This document shows, piece by piece, positions 1 through 14,959 of a stretch of DNA of 64,000 bases. The DNA comes from the human T2T-CHM13v2.0 reference genome, Homo sapiens: assembly GCF_009914755.1 (NCBI RefSeq), contig NC_060926.1; one strand, 5' to 3'. Position 1 is the first letter of the stretch. Every line of letters begins with the position of its first letter. The notes beneath the pieces were generated by a model. The model made no database searches. It was not told the DNA's origin and was given only the letters and a program-made list of their open reading frames with translations. The translations under genes were made by a program, and so were the position numbers.

Positions 1-974
1 ATCATGTTCATAAGTCCTGACCTTCAAGCTAAAATTCAAAGTCAGTAGCAAAAGTTGGCTTCTGTTTTATTTGTCTGTTGAAAATTTTTATAGAGGACAA
101 ATGACCTCAGTTGCAGTATATTCTGTACTCACTGAGCCCTGTACACTCAATCATAAATGAGAAGATTTTGATACCTTCCAGAATGATGAGCACTAAGAGT
201 CTAAGTCACTTATGTGCTTTTTGGATGTAATAAAGTCCTGCTTCTGATTCTGTTTTTCATCATGATTATTGGAAGATTACTTTCGTACTGTAAGACAGAT
301 ATTATGAAAATAAAATTATTATTTGACTACATACAATTCATCATAGATTTTCCTGGCTTTAAATGATGTAAATTTATTTAGTTACCATAATAATTTAAGA
401 ATTATTGGTCAGTTAATAACAATATTTTAAAAGTTATTATATTCAGTATATAAAGTAAAATGGTAGAATCCACATTATAGTGTATGAGTATTTGTGTATA
501 AATTAGGATATTGTAGGTTAGTTGACTCTCATTTAGCAAAATGTCACATCCCTATATAAAGAAATGTAAATAAAGACTATTTTTATTGCATCAAAAAACT
601 GCATAACATTAACTTTTATGCAGACAATTTACTTTCTGGCCTAGAGAGCAATGTGAGACATTTTTACTCATGATTACTTATTCTGGAAATTAGGATTAAC
701 AAATCAAAACATTACTTTGATCGTGTAAAATACGCCTAATATCAAAGGAAATACAATAGCATTTTTTTAGTGTTTTGGAATAATATTTTGATGAGGAGAT
801 TATGGAGATTGTCATCAGACACTTTTTTGAAATGCAATTGTGTCATGTCTCTATTATATAGGTAAAGCTATTTAGTCTCTCTAAGCTTCAATATTATCTA
901 TATAGCCATAAGACTATGGGAAGGAGGAAGGAAGTAAAGAGTGGAAATCATCTAGCATTATCTGGCATATGTAG

Positions 975-1125
975 ACAACATTTACTTACCTATTTCCCTC
1001 GAGTCTCAATTTTTCTGTCTTTAATATACGGGTAAAGTTATTAACTCACAGAAGTTTTGTAAGAATTAAATATGATGTCATATGAAAGTGCTCAGTGTAG
1101 TACCAGGAAAATCATGTATGGATAA
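975..1125 (+). mobile_element. MIR SINE fragment, interrupted by the LTR nest; its tail resumes at about 5199-5215
   Basis: Degenerate MIR core (ctcaatttttctgtctttaat...ttgtaagaattaaatatgat...aaagtgctcagtgtagtacc). The MIR-like end gaattagctgcta follows the nest. Confidence 0.65.
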
Positions 1126-1505
1126 TATCTTAGTTCAGTTTGTGCTGATATAACAGAATACCTGAAACTGAGTAGTTTATGAAGATAAGGAATTTATTGG
1201 CTCACAATTCTGGAGGCTGAGAATTACAGGAGCATGATGTCAGCATCTTCCTAGCTTCTGCTGAGGGCCTTCATCCTTCTTCGTCCCATAGTGAAAGGTG
1301 AAAGGGCAAGAGAAGATGAGCAAGAGCAAGAAGTGGCTGAACTTGTTTTTATAACAAACTCCCTCCTACAGTAACATTACTCCATTCATGAAGGCAGTAT
1401 CCTCATGACCTAATCTCCTCTTAAAGATCTCACCTCTTAACACTGCTCCACTGGGGATCAAATTTCCAACATATGAATTTTGGAGGACACATTTGAAACA
1501 TGGCA
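1126..1505 (-). mobile_element. MaLR solo LTR (MSTD/MLT1A-like)
   Basis: Begins tatcttagttcagtttgtgctg and ends ttttggaggacacatttgaaacatggca, the reverse complement of MST/MLT1A termini. Internal ggctcacaattctggaggctg. Confidence 0.85.
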
Positions 1506-1870
1506 GGTAGTATGGTTTGGAAATTTGCCCACTTCAAAACTGATGTTGAAATTTAATCCCAAATGTGCCTGTATTGAGTAGTGGGGCCTTAAAGAGAGCA
1601 GAGCCCTTATGAATGGGTTCATGAATCAATTCATGAATGAAGGGATTAATGAGTAATTATGAGAGTGGGACTGGTGGCTTTGTAAGAAGAGGCAGACAGA
1701 CCAGAGCCAGTACACTCAGCCCCTAGCCATGGGATACCCTGAGATACCCCAGGACTCTGCTGAGAGTCCTCACAAGCAAGAAGAACTTCACCAGATGCCA
1801 CTCCTTGACTTTGGATTTCTCAGCCTCCAAAATTGTAAGAAATAAATTCATTTGTATATTGATTACCCAG

Positions 1871-4294
1871 TGTATTAGACTGTTTGTGCTACTATATAAG
1901 AATGTATGAGACTGGGTAATTTATTTTTGAAAGAAGCCCAATTGGCTCACAGTTTTATAGGATATACAGAAAGTGTGATGCTGACATCTACTTATGGTGA
2001 TGGCCTCAGGAATCTTATAATAATGTCGGAACGCAAAGAGGGAGCTAGCATGTCACATGATGAGAGCAGGGGCAAGGATGGAGGTTGCTACACTCTTTTA
2101 AACAACCAGATCTCAAGGAACTAGCTGAGCAAGAACTCACTCATCATCAAGGGGATGGTAGTAAGTCGTTAATGAGAGATGGGTCCTCATGATCCAGTGC
2201 TTTGCACCAGGCCTCATGTCCAAAACTGGATGTCACATTTCAACATGAGATTTGGAGGGAACAAATAACCAAACAATATCATTTTGGATCCCCAAATCTC
2301 ATGTCCTTCTCACATTTCAAAGTATAAAAATCTCTTTTCAATAGTCCTCCAAATTCTTAACTTGTTCAAGCACCAAGTTCAAAGTCCAAAGTTTCATCTG
2401 AGACTCATCTTCCACCTATAAGCCCATAAAATTAAAACAAGTTTTTCACACCCAAGATACAATGGTGGCACAGGCATTGGGTAAGCATTACCATTCCAAA
2501 ATAAAGTAAAGGAGTAACAGGCCCCACACAAATCTGAACCCAGCAGGGTAGGCATTAAAACTTAAAGCTCCAACATAATCTTTGATTCTATGCTATGTCC
2601 TGCATCCAGGGCACACTGATACAAGGGGTCTGCTCCCAAGGTCCTGGGTAACTCCACCCCTGTGGCTCTGCAAGGTGCAGCCCCCATGGTTGCTTTCACA
2701 AGATGGAGTTGAGTGCCTGTGGCTCTTCCAGACTCAAGATGCTAGCTGCCCATGGCTTCACTATTCTGGGGTCTGAAAGATGGTGGTCCCCTTCCTACAG
2801 CTCCATTAAGCAGTGCTCTCATGGGGACTCTGTCTGGGGCTTCCAACCTCACAATTCCCCTCAGCAATACTCTAGTAGAGTTTCTCTGTAGGGGCTCTGC
2901 CCTGCAGCAAGCTTCTACCTGGGCACTTAGACTTTTCCAGACAGCTTCTGAAATATAGTTAGAAACTGCTGAATCACCTTCATGTTTGCATTCTGGGCAT
3001 CTGAAAAGTTACACCATATGAAAGCCTCCAAGGCTTATGGCTTGTGCCCTCTGGAGCTGTGACCTGAGTTACACTAGTGCCCCTTTGAGCTGAGGCTGGA
3101 GCTAGACTGGCTAGAATTTGGGAAGCAGTGTCCCAAGGCTGCTCATGGAAGTCAGGTCCTGGGCTTGTCCCAGGAAACCAGTCTCTCCTCTGAGGCCTCC
3201 AGGCCTGTGTTAGAAGGGGCTGTCTGGCAGGTCTCTGAAATGCCTTCCAGGTTTTGTTCCCATTGTCTTGGATATTAGCACTTGGCTCCCTTTTAGTCGT
3301 GCTATTTTTTCTAGCAAGTACTTGCTTCACAGTCTGCTTAGATTCCTTTCCCCAAAAAACTTTTTCTTTCTCTGCCACATGGTTAGGCTGCAAATTATCC
3401 AAACTTTTAAATATATGTTCCAACTTTAAGTCCTTTATTTGTTCTCACGTCTGATCATAGGTTGTTAGGAGCAGCCAGATCAACTCTCAAATGCTTTGAT
3501 GCTTAGAAATGTCTTCCACAAGATATTCTTAGTCATCACTTTTAAGTTCAAAACTCCACACAACCCTAGAGCATGAATGCAATGCAGCCAAGGTATAATG
3601 CTAGGGTGTAACACGGGTGACTTTTACTCCAGTTCTCAGTAAGTTCCACACTTCCATCTGAAACCTCCTCAGCCTGGCCTTCACTCTTCACATTTCTATC
3701 AGCATTTTGGTCACAGGCACTTAACAAGTTTCTAAGAAGTTTCAAAGCTTCCCTCGTGTTCTTATCTTCTTTATAGACCTCCAAACTCTTCCAACCTCTG
3801 CCCATTACCCAGTTCCAAAGCTGCTTCCACATTTTCAGGTATCTTTATAGCAATGTCTTGCTCCTTGGTACCAATTTTCTGTATTAGTCCAGGGGCATTA
3901 TTATAATGAAATACCTGAGACTGGTAATCTATAAAGAGATTTAATTGGCTTGTGATTTTTCAGACTGTACAGGAAGTGTGATGCTGGCATCTGCTCTTGA
4001 TGAGGCCACAAGAAGCTTTCAATCATAGAGGAAGGCGAATGGCTAGAAGATGTGTCACATGGCAAGAGAGGGAGCAAGAGCAAAAGGGCTGGGAGGTCTC
4101 AGGCTCTTTTAAACAACAAGATATCACATGAACTAACTGAGAAAGAACACACTCATCACCAGGGGGATGGTGCTGAGCCATTCATGAGAGATTCATCCCC
4201 ATGATCTGAAACCTCACACCAGGTCCTACCTCTAACATAGGAGTTATCATTTCAACATAAAATTTTGGAGGGTACAAACATCCAAACCATATTA
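1871..4294 (-). mobile_element. Complete MSTB-type MaLR provirus: LTR 1871-2281, internal region 2282-3879, LTR 3880-4294
   Basis: Two similar ~410-bp LTRs (tgtattag...caaacaatatca and tgtattag...caaaccatatta). The internal region ends ggtaccaattttc, the reverse of the MaLR-int start. 5-bp TSD cccag at 1866-1870 and 4295-4299. Confidence 0.93.
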
Positions 4295-4335
4295 CCCAGT
4301 TTCAGGAATTCTGTTATAAGCAACAGAAAATGAAC

Positions 4336-5183
<848 letters not shown>

Positions 5184-5289
5184 TGAACTAAAACAGCAGA
5201 TATGAATTAGCTGCTAAACTTCCATCCACCCTCCTTCTGTACTGATGGGTAGAGTGAAAGGGTAGGGAACCAAGACTGAACTTCTTGGA

Positions 5290-5755
5290 TTCATTTGCAG
5301 CTGAGTCCTAGTCCCTTTTATAATGCTTTCAATGTAGAAGTGACATAGAAACCATCTTCCTGGTACTTTGGGCTGATTTTGAGATGGTAATGGCACCGTC
5401 AAAATAGGAAGTCTGTGCAGTAGCATGCAATGATCACATCCACACTTTCCAGGTGAGTGGAGGCAGCCACACAAGAGGCCACTGTGGTGGAGGCTTCAGG
5501 TTTCTGACTGCCCAGTTCCCCAGATCACAGCTGAGACGTGTTCTTCTTGAATTTAATAGTTTTGGTAGTGGTTTCTTAGGAATGAGATTTCTAGTGAGCT
5601 TGATGTTTTTCTCTCTGAAATTCATTCCTAGTGGCATACCAAATGTTTTTCTCCAAAACATTTTTTGAAGCACCAAATTCCCTTTAAGATGTTCTTGTCT
5701 ATTTAAATTCTGACACGATTTTCTATTTCCTGTACAGAATCCCGAGTGACCCAGT
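5290..5755 (+). mobile_element. Possible old ERVL/MaLR LTR remnant (LTR33/LTR16-like)
   Basis: The 3' end ttttctatttcctgtacagaatcccgagtgacc resembles old LTR termini. Family not securely assigned. Confidence 0.3.
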
Positions 5756-7666
5756 TTGTCTTCAAATCATATTTTTCAGTTAGTTTTCCTCGACTCCAAG
5801 GGAATTAATAGTCTCACTGTGGTTGGGAGGGTGCAAAGACACAGGAAACCCGCAGACGGCTCTCCAAGTCTGCCTGTGAGTCATGGCCCTATGATCACAT
5901 GGCCCCTCAGAGCTGTGTGGGCTGCGTGGGGAGAGGGAAGACGGAGAGAGAACTTGGAGACGTGAAAAGTGATGGCCTGAGCATGGAGAGGCACTGAGAG
6001 GAGAGTAAAAGGAGCAGAAAGGATGATCTCCTGTGACGACATAAAAACAGTCATCACCATAATTTGAGTAAAAAAAACAAAATGCTTCCCAGACACATAA
6101 ATTACTTCAGAAGAAAGATAGTCTGGATCATATACCTGCTGGTCTTGCTGAATTAGGGTCAGCAACGGGACTGGTTAATACTAGGTATGTTGAGGAATTG
6201 CTGAATGACTTTACATTAGCATTTAAACTAATTTGATGTATTTATTTTCTTCTTTCAACTTGTTGGAGAAAAATAAAGAACCATCTCTTGATGGTTTGTC
6301 AAGTTATGTATTAGGATATTTTAATTCCTTCCTAGACATATTAACAGTCGGTTACTGTATGGCATGAATATTTTCAAATGTTCCTTCTTGCAGACATACA
6401 GAAACACTTTGCATTTAATGGCATGAGGTGCACTTTAAAAGAAACAGTGAAGGGAAGTCATGAAATAGGCTACAGCAAGCATGAAGAAAAATACGAATAA
6501 AAAAAGTACAAAAATAATATAGCTATCATGTTAAGATTCCAGCTAACTTTTCAAATGAGGTTAGAAATAGATTCTTTTAATTTTATGACAGCCATTTAAT
6601 TATGTAGCTCCCTCAATGCCTTTATAAGAGAAAAGGGCTTTGTAAATTAGATTGTTTTATTATAAAATTCCAACAGGATATATATTCACCAACTCTTATT
6701 TTTCTGTAAATAGTCCTTGATGAATAAGGAGGGTGAACTGGGTAAGATTACATGAGACTTAAACTAACACTTAAACCACCCAAGGTGACTGTATCTAAGA
6801 TTACCGCTATACACGTGTCTAGGACTTCACTTGCAAATAGAAAAGCAGATTTGTGTGCTAGTTGGGACAAAAGAAAATCACATGCTAAAATGACCCTGGT
6901 GAAAACCATTTAATCTAAAGCCACATTCATCTCAGATTCACTGCTTGGTTTTCCTTTAGGATTTGAAGAGCATATTCTTTGATACGCAAAATGTTATTTG
7001 CTGAAGGTTACCAACACCATTCTGCACATCATTTACAAGTGTTTATCTCTCCCCATTCAGCCTACGTTTTTTTTCTATTGTAATTCATACTCATGAGAGT
7101 GAACACTTGATTTTTTTTTTCTGTATGGCAATTTGTAAAGTAGCATTTAGGTAGGTTTAAAGCTGTTCAATTTTTGTCTAAATATTTGCCTCTCCTTCAG
7201 GGAAGCCTTATCCAGGGTTCTGCCTGCCCAGGACTACCAAGGACTTCCTTGTTTTCCCCAAGTCCTAAGATGAATAAGCAAAGCACGAGCCTGAGAAACA
7301 TCACCTTGAAGGTGTGATGCTGCTGCCCACAGCCTGATACACTCCCGAGGATGCCCAGAAATGCACCATTTCAAATAAAGCGGGAAATTTATTGTTTTTT
7401 AAAAATTATTTTAGTTATTCAAAGTCTCTAGAATCTCTCTTAAAAAAGCAAGAAAATTAAATTTTTCCTAAATGCCAAGCAATGAGTATTTGCTTGGCAT
7501 TTAATTTATTATTAAATTGACCTTTATTAATGATTGACCTTTAATTTTGCTCTCTCAGTTTCCTTTATACAAACCGCAAGGACGTATTTTCCTATTTATT
7601 TATCAGATGAGGAAACAGATTGGCACTACAGAATTTTTGGTGGTCATACAGTAAGTGCCTGTGGGC

Positions 7667-7671
<5 letters not shown>

Positions 7672-7703
<32 letters not shown>
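7672..7703 (+). repeat. (TC)n microsatellite
   Basis: About 16 uninterrupted TC units. Confidence 0.95.
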
Positions 7704-7708
<5 letters not shown>

Positions 7709-7861
7709 GACTCCAAAATCCTTTTTGTTTCTACATAGTCTCAGTTTATGTAGCTGTAAGGATAAAACCTGAATGTTGTGTTGAGAAATGTTGGAGAACA
7801 AGCGCAAACTTCACCAGACAGGAAACAAAAGTGGGAGAAGGGGGCAGGTAGCTCTAAGTGA

Positions 7862-8220
7862 CTAAACATTTACCTGTGCTAAATCCTCTAGATCATTTAC
7901 AATTTAACACAACCTTATGAGCTGTGGTGTGCTGGTTAATCTTTAAAGCTGTCTGGAGAAAAAAAGATTTTTAGTGTTTGCCAATTTCTATGATATAATA
8001 CCCCAGAGATGGCAGGTTTCCCACTAGCAGTGTCATGCTGTAGAGTGCAGAGTTTGGAAGGGGTGTACACAGTAGGCTCTAGTGAGCCACTGGGACCCGA
8101 CTCCAGCAAAACCCTCCCTATTGAGTCATTATTGTCCTTCACCCCATTCCACAGGTGAAGAAATCTAAGATCAGTAAAGCCTGAGATCACCAACCAGAAA
8201 GCAGCTTAACTGGGGATGGA
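7862..8220 (-). mobile_element. MIR interrupted by MER63
   Basis: acaaccttatgag | ...attattgtccttcaccccattccacaggtgaagaaatctaagatcag matches the antisense MIR core. Confidence 0.65.
7922..8116 (-). mobile_element. MER63A-like hAT-Blackjack MITE
   Basis: Terminal inverted repeats (TIRs) ctgtggtgtgctgg...ccagcaaaaccctc. Internal gtttgccaatttc and ggctctagtgagcc match MER63. Degenerate TSD ccttatgag/cctattgag. Confidence 0.75.
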
Positions 8221-10059
8221 AAGAAGAACTGTTTGGTTCCAAAGCATTTCAACATGTTTGGAAATTGTCAGACTGCTTATCACTGGAGTGAGGAGATTTT
8301 TGTTCTATGTAGGTATATTTTTATCAGCAGTTGATTAATAAAAAACACCAAAAGACAAGTTCTTCCCTTGGGCACTCTCTCGCCAAGTGAGCAAAATGTT
8401 TATTTTGTTATCGTTTATTTTTGCTAGAGGTTGTGGTAGCGTCTGCCAGTAGACAAAATCATCATGAAATGTTAAGGATGAGAGAGGTACTTGCAAACCT
8501 TCTTAAAAGTCCAGAGGAAACAGTGACTGTGTAGTGTGAAGACTCGAGCCATCCCCAAAGTAGAGCAGCAGCACATGCGAAGAGGGATTCTTATCTGCCC
8601 TTGATTGAGAGCCTGCTGCATCCATCCATGCTGCTTCTGTTGAACTGGGAACAGAGAGGCCTGCAGCAACCAGGGAGGAGGTGGAGCGACTTTGTTGCAA
8701 TTGCTTACCCCATAATAATGCATTGTATATATAGATCATTTTTTCAAACCAGGCTGGCATAAATAGTACTATGATTTGACCTGTTTGGTGTTCCTATTAT
8801 CCTCTTTTGTAAGGAACCTAATTCTTTCTTTAAATTTATTTATTTATTTATTATTTTTGGAAACAGAGAAGTCCTGGAGCTTTTCTTAAATGAAAAGTAC
8901 AGGGTGTCTGCTAGTAGTTCATCTGATGTTGAAAGGGCAGACTGTTACCAGTATCGCCAGATAGCTTGGGTTAGTGGGTGAAATATTTTCCTGATTATTG
9001 TTTCACATTATCTGGTGTTAATACCTTCAAGTATATATTGAAGCAATTATCTTAATAAAGCCCTATTTTACTTCTCTCTGCTGTTTTCTTCATGATTATT
9101 TGCCATATGGTAAGAGAGAATACGTATACACAATAAATGTTAACAAACACACATGAATATCCGGACACCTCTGTCTCTCTGTGTGTCTCTCTTTGTCTCT
9201 TTCTGCCTCTCTTTTTCTCTCTGTCTCTGTATCTTTCCCTCTCTCCTTTTCTCCTTCCCACAGGCACACACAGACACTTCTTCTGGCTTTGAGATAAATC
9301 TAAAAATACCTGCTGTTTGAAATCACTTCCCGTGGTGATTAAAAAGGACCTTTCCCACTGAGATCCAAGATAGCTTTTCTTCCCTGTGTTGAAACAGGGC
9401 CTCTGCCTGTGGTTGTCACTGTGGAGTAAGATGTCCCTGCGAGGCAAAGCATATGATGTGTACCATGGGCTCATTTAGGCCAGGTCTCGTTTAAAAACAA
9501 TCTTTTCCGAAGCTATTTATAATTCCTTGGCTGAGAAGAATACAACTTTAGTGAAAGTGAATAGTAAAAGGAAGCAATTAAATTCCTTATGCAATGGTCT
9601 TTTTTAAAAGAGCGGGTGTGTTATAGAAGGAAAAATCCTGCGTTAGAAGTCAGTGGTCCTTAGGCTACTTCTTAGATTACTAAACTTCTCTGGGTCCTTA
9701 TTTGCATATTTTTTTCTCATTCCGTCATTTGCATATCCCCACAAAATAGGAAATGATACAGGGCTCTTAAGCACACGGCATCATACAAACTCTAAGTCCC
9801 TTGAAGCTGCTTTGAAAATTACAAGTGCCCATCTTCCAAGCATTCTGATTCTCTGGGTGAGGGCATAGTCACCTGCATCCTTACATATTTAAAAACTATA
9901 TTTTATCTTCAAGGCCCTTTCCAGCCCTGAAATAGTAAGACTCCAAAAATAACTCGCTTCTATAAAAACTGCATGAAGATCATTTGATCATTTAGTCATA
10001 TAATAGCTACTCCATAATATTCATAAATCAAGAACCTTTATAATGGCTTTTTCATATCG

Positions 10060-10256
10060 TATAAGAGCTTCTATGTACTCAGTGCTTATGATATGCCAAG
10101 TACTTGGCTAGGCACTTTACTCATATTATCTCTTTTAACGCCATTGAGCTATCATAACAACCCTACAATGATTTATTTATTTTTATTTTGTGGAAAAAAG
10201 AGCTAAGAGTGACTAAATAGCATGGGTATTAAATGGTAGAATCATATCTGTAGGTC
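10060..10256 (-). mobile_element. MIR
   Basis: gtgcttatgatatgccaagtact...aggcactttac...tcataacaaccctac, antisense MIR. Confidence 0.7.
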
Positions 10257-10776
10257 CTTATAATCAATTCTATTATTTGCTCTACTAAATTCTGTATAAT
10301 AAAGTTATTCAAGTCTTTTTGAATTTAACATACACGTATTAATATATAACATTAAATTTTAATCATTTTTTCCATCTAAAAGAGTGTTCTAAAGCTTTGA
10401 TTTGGTTTGATCCCACCAAGAAAGTAAAATGTTTTCTGTTCACAGAAGGTGTCTTTTAAAAAAATAATGTTTATTAAATCCACAGTAAAATTACTTACAC
10501 TTTTTATAGAAAAATTGTACGACACAGGAAAGGTAAAAGAAATGGAAACTTCCAAATCCAACAATATTTTAAGGTATCTCTATTTAATCATTTATTATTT
10601 AAATCCTCAAAATAATTCATAGTTATGTCTAAAGGTTTACTTTAAAATTTTGTTTTAATATTAACAAAATTCTGTCTTCCCTAAATCACATATTATATGC
10701 TAATGAAAAGAAATGGCCCACATGTAAATGAAGGGGAGGCTTATAGAGTATGGGTTAAAAAATAATAAAGAAATGC

Positions 10777-11285
<509 letters not shown>

Positions 11286-12017
11286 TTACATCTATGAATA
11301 GCTCTACCTCTTCCTTAAGCTTGTAGCATGGTAATGTAGGTGTAAAATTTACACAGAAATCCTGTGCATCACATAATTTTACTGCTATCAAACAGAGCAT
11401 ATTTTAACCATGACTAGATAAAGCAGCAGACTCTACGTGGGGAAGAAAAGGAACATCTAAAAAGAAGTAAATGAAGGGGTTCTGAAAGTATGTAATAACT
11501 ATCTAATTGCTTTGGAACTTAAGAAATCAGTTTACAAGCATCTGAATAGGGTTATGCAGTTGACATCCAGGTCACGGAAGGAATGGAGGCATTAAAATGA
11601 GGAGAGGCAGAGGAAACAGATTTTCCAAAGATAAATGGTCAATGTCCTTTGAGGGAGTGGAGACAGAAATGGCTTGAGGTTGTACTAGAGGAGAAAGTAG
11701 TGCAGAATCTCTCCTGTTTATCTCCTTTCTAGTTTGGAAAATAAACGTAAAATATGTTATCTTCACTAAATTTTTAACAAAAGTAAAGAGCAAACAAAAG
11801 GGAGGAGAAAAGCTTGTAAAATTGACTTGTTTTGATTTTAAAACTTACCTTATTTGTCATAAAAAGATGATATAAGGCTGAAATACAATACTATCTTGTA
11901 GGCTTTGGAACTCACTCTTTAGGTAATATGGAAATCTTAACTCTACTGAATTCATTGTATTTTTAATTTAATATTGATCGAATGCCATATGAGTTTGGCA
12001 AATATCAGTATATATAA

Positions 12018-12331
<314 letters not shown>

Positions 12332-12984
12332 GCGTTTTTTTTTTTTTTTTTTTTAACTGTAATTAATTCACACTCCTTTCCAAATTGTTTTCTTTCTATT
12401 CTTCAAAATTATAGACTACAAGCTTCAGATGTCTGACAATTTTGTACTTAAACATGTCTGACCTATGGGGTCATGAACTCTTGTCTCTCTACAGTAAAAG
12501 GTACTATGGGATTTCTACTAACTCCATTTTTTATCTTTTTACCTTTCCTGAACAGGAGTTGTCATCCAAGCCTAGCATATCAACTCTCAGTCATCTTTGG
12601 TGGAAAGTCCCTAATGATATAACATTAAAAACTTGGAACAGGAACAGTGCATGAATCTTTGTCTAACTTTGCTAGACTTGACCACTAATGCTAGACTTCA
12701 CCACCAGATGCATGGAAGCTGTCTTTTGCATTATTTCTGGAGAGGGCTCCTGATTGCCCACCATGGTTTTACACCTTTTTACACGCATTTAAACAGCTCT
12801 TACTTCTGCTTGAAACTGCTGCATTTAGACTTTTTTTGTTTAATTTTAAAAGTAAAATTTGTGCTCAGTCAGTATGACTCTCGTTTTCTTGTTTCTAAAT
12901 ATCTACTTTGCTGTCTCATCTGGTCAACTAGCACAATTTTAAAGAATTAATTAGTTAAAATATTAATGTGTTTTAAGTTGAATA

Positions 12985-13260
12985 TGGTTAAATCGACAGT
13001 GGTTCCTGGTTTGATTTTTAGCTGAGAGATTACAATAAAGTCTGTTTCCTACATCAGATGTGTTGATTAATACATTGTAGAATTAGGCTCCGGGTTTTTA
13101 CAGCTCGATTAATTGATAAGAAGTCAGAGCTTGGGGCAGTATAATTAAGTTTGCTGGAAAATTAATGCAGGAATTGGCTTTGTGATTTGATTGGTTTAAA
13201 ATCTATGAATACACTTACTTAATCCTTTTGAATTAAACTTAGGTGCCAAAAAATTACGTT
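12985..13260. promoter_or_regulatory. Candidate developmental enhancer (homeodomain-motif cluster in unique DNA)
   Basis: tgattaat, cgattaattgataag, taattaag, aattaatgc, tgatttgattgg and taatcc within about 200 bp; no repeat similarity recognised. Confidence 0.35.
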
Positions 13261-14959
13261 AGCTACATCTCTGCAATGTTCTGTCTCCAAGTCAATACTC
13301 TTTTGCAGTCTTTGAAAGAAATGATGTGTATACAAAACACAGTAATCCCCAGCTATCCAGCAAAAAAGATTATTTTCTTGTTCATTGGTAAAATACGCTG
13401 GACTTCTTTAATTCTTTTCGTTTCCCAGTTGATCTTTGAATTAATTTCTGTGTCATAAATAATAAAACTCCGTGGCTGAATACACTGTAGCCTACTATTA
13501 GGATTAACTGTTCTTATAGGTCAGCGACATCAGGCAATTTTTATGCAAAGAGGGAATGCTAAATAAGAAAAAATCATTTAACAGCCAAATGTTATACTCT
13601 ACTGTAAGACATCTAATGGCTCCATGGGAAAACGGGATAGCTTGAAAGACTGTCTTTTGAGGAGTAGGGTGAAGTCTAGCTATTTAAGTGCTGCATATTA
13701 ATTACAAAATAAATACATTATGAAGTAGTAACCAAGTTAATATAATGATTTTCTTAGTCATTCTTTTTCTCTTCCTCTTATAACTCAACAACATTTTCAA
13801 GCTGGTAGCATAATCTTTAGATGGAATGCCCCTTCAATAACCTCCCTCTCTCTGCCTCTCTCAATTTCTTTTTCTTTCTACCCTTACAATATTAAACCGC
13901 ACAGCTAAAATGAATTTTAATTCATTGTTTTCATCATACTTAGACTATATTGCCTCACAACTATCAAAGTCAAACATATAAATACCTGTTTTATTTCTCC
14001 ATAGTTCTCTGCTGTTCTTATGTAATTTTGAGATCTTCAATTAGCTTCTTTTGTGAATTTAAATAATATTAACATAATGTTAACAAATAATCTACTTAAA
14101 CATTGACCATTTGTTGCATCAATTGAGACTACATTACTCACTGTGTATATTGAGGGTATTTGTAAAGTCTCCCTTTCTTGTACCGTTTCTCTTTTATTAA
14201 TTGCCTAAATTTTGCCAGTTACATATTTATATTTTTTCCTATTCTATCACATTTCCATTTTATCTCACAGCTAAATCTTCTGATTTGCCCAAAAATTAAC
14301 ACTAAACCTGAAAATCTCATAAACAGCATTTACATGATTGTAACCAGAACAATATTGTTTTGTACAGAGCGAGTGGTATAGGATGACATGACTTTCCTTC
14401 AAGTTTCAATGCCAACACCACGTGCAACTTGAAGGAAGATGTTTTTGGCAGATCTTGAACAAATAAATCGGTTTTGTTTGTACTTTTTAAAATGCTAAAT
14501 ATAATGTCACATATTTTCTTACTAACACAAATGCAACACAAAAGCACTTGAAAAGGCATGCACAGAATTTGATTCAAGATATCTGGTTAAAGATTCAGGT
14601 TGAATTACTTCCATATTTAAAGTATTTCTAAGCTTTAGATTTGGACCTTGAATTACTAGTGGAGCTTTATATGTAATTGTCATTTCTATTTGCTTTTTTT
14701 TTGTTTTTGTTTTTGACAAAAAAAAATGAAGCTTTTCTTATAGCCTTACATTTATTAAAATTCTCAATCATAATAGCTACTGCTTGCATTATTTTTTCCA
14801 AAAAGACACCATTCCACATCACCTAGTCCTAACTGAATAAAGTGTCATCTGATTCTGTACCGTTTTTATAGTAGACTTCCAATGGCCCTTTCATATGGAA
14901 AATATTTTAAGTATAATACAAACATATAGATAATATATGCGTATATATGTATATAAAAT

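Noticed and set aside
2980-3423. Longest ORF (147 aa) as a gene
   Set aside because: It lies wholly within the MaLR internal region and is a decayed element ORF.
9052-9474. 140-aa ORF with an R/E-rich tract
   Set aside because: It is produced by a CT-rich low-complexity stretch; no recognisable homology.
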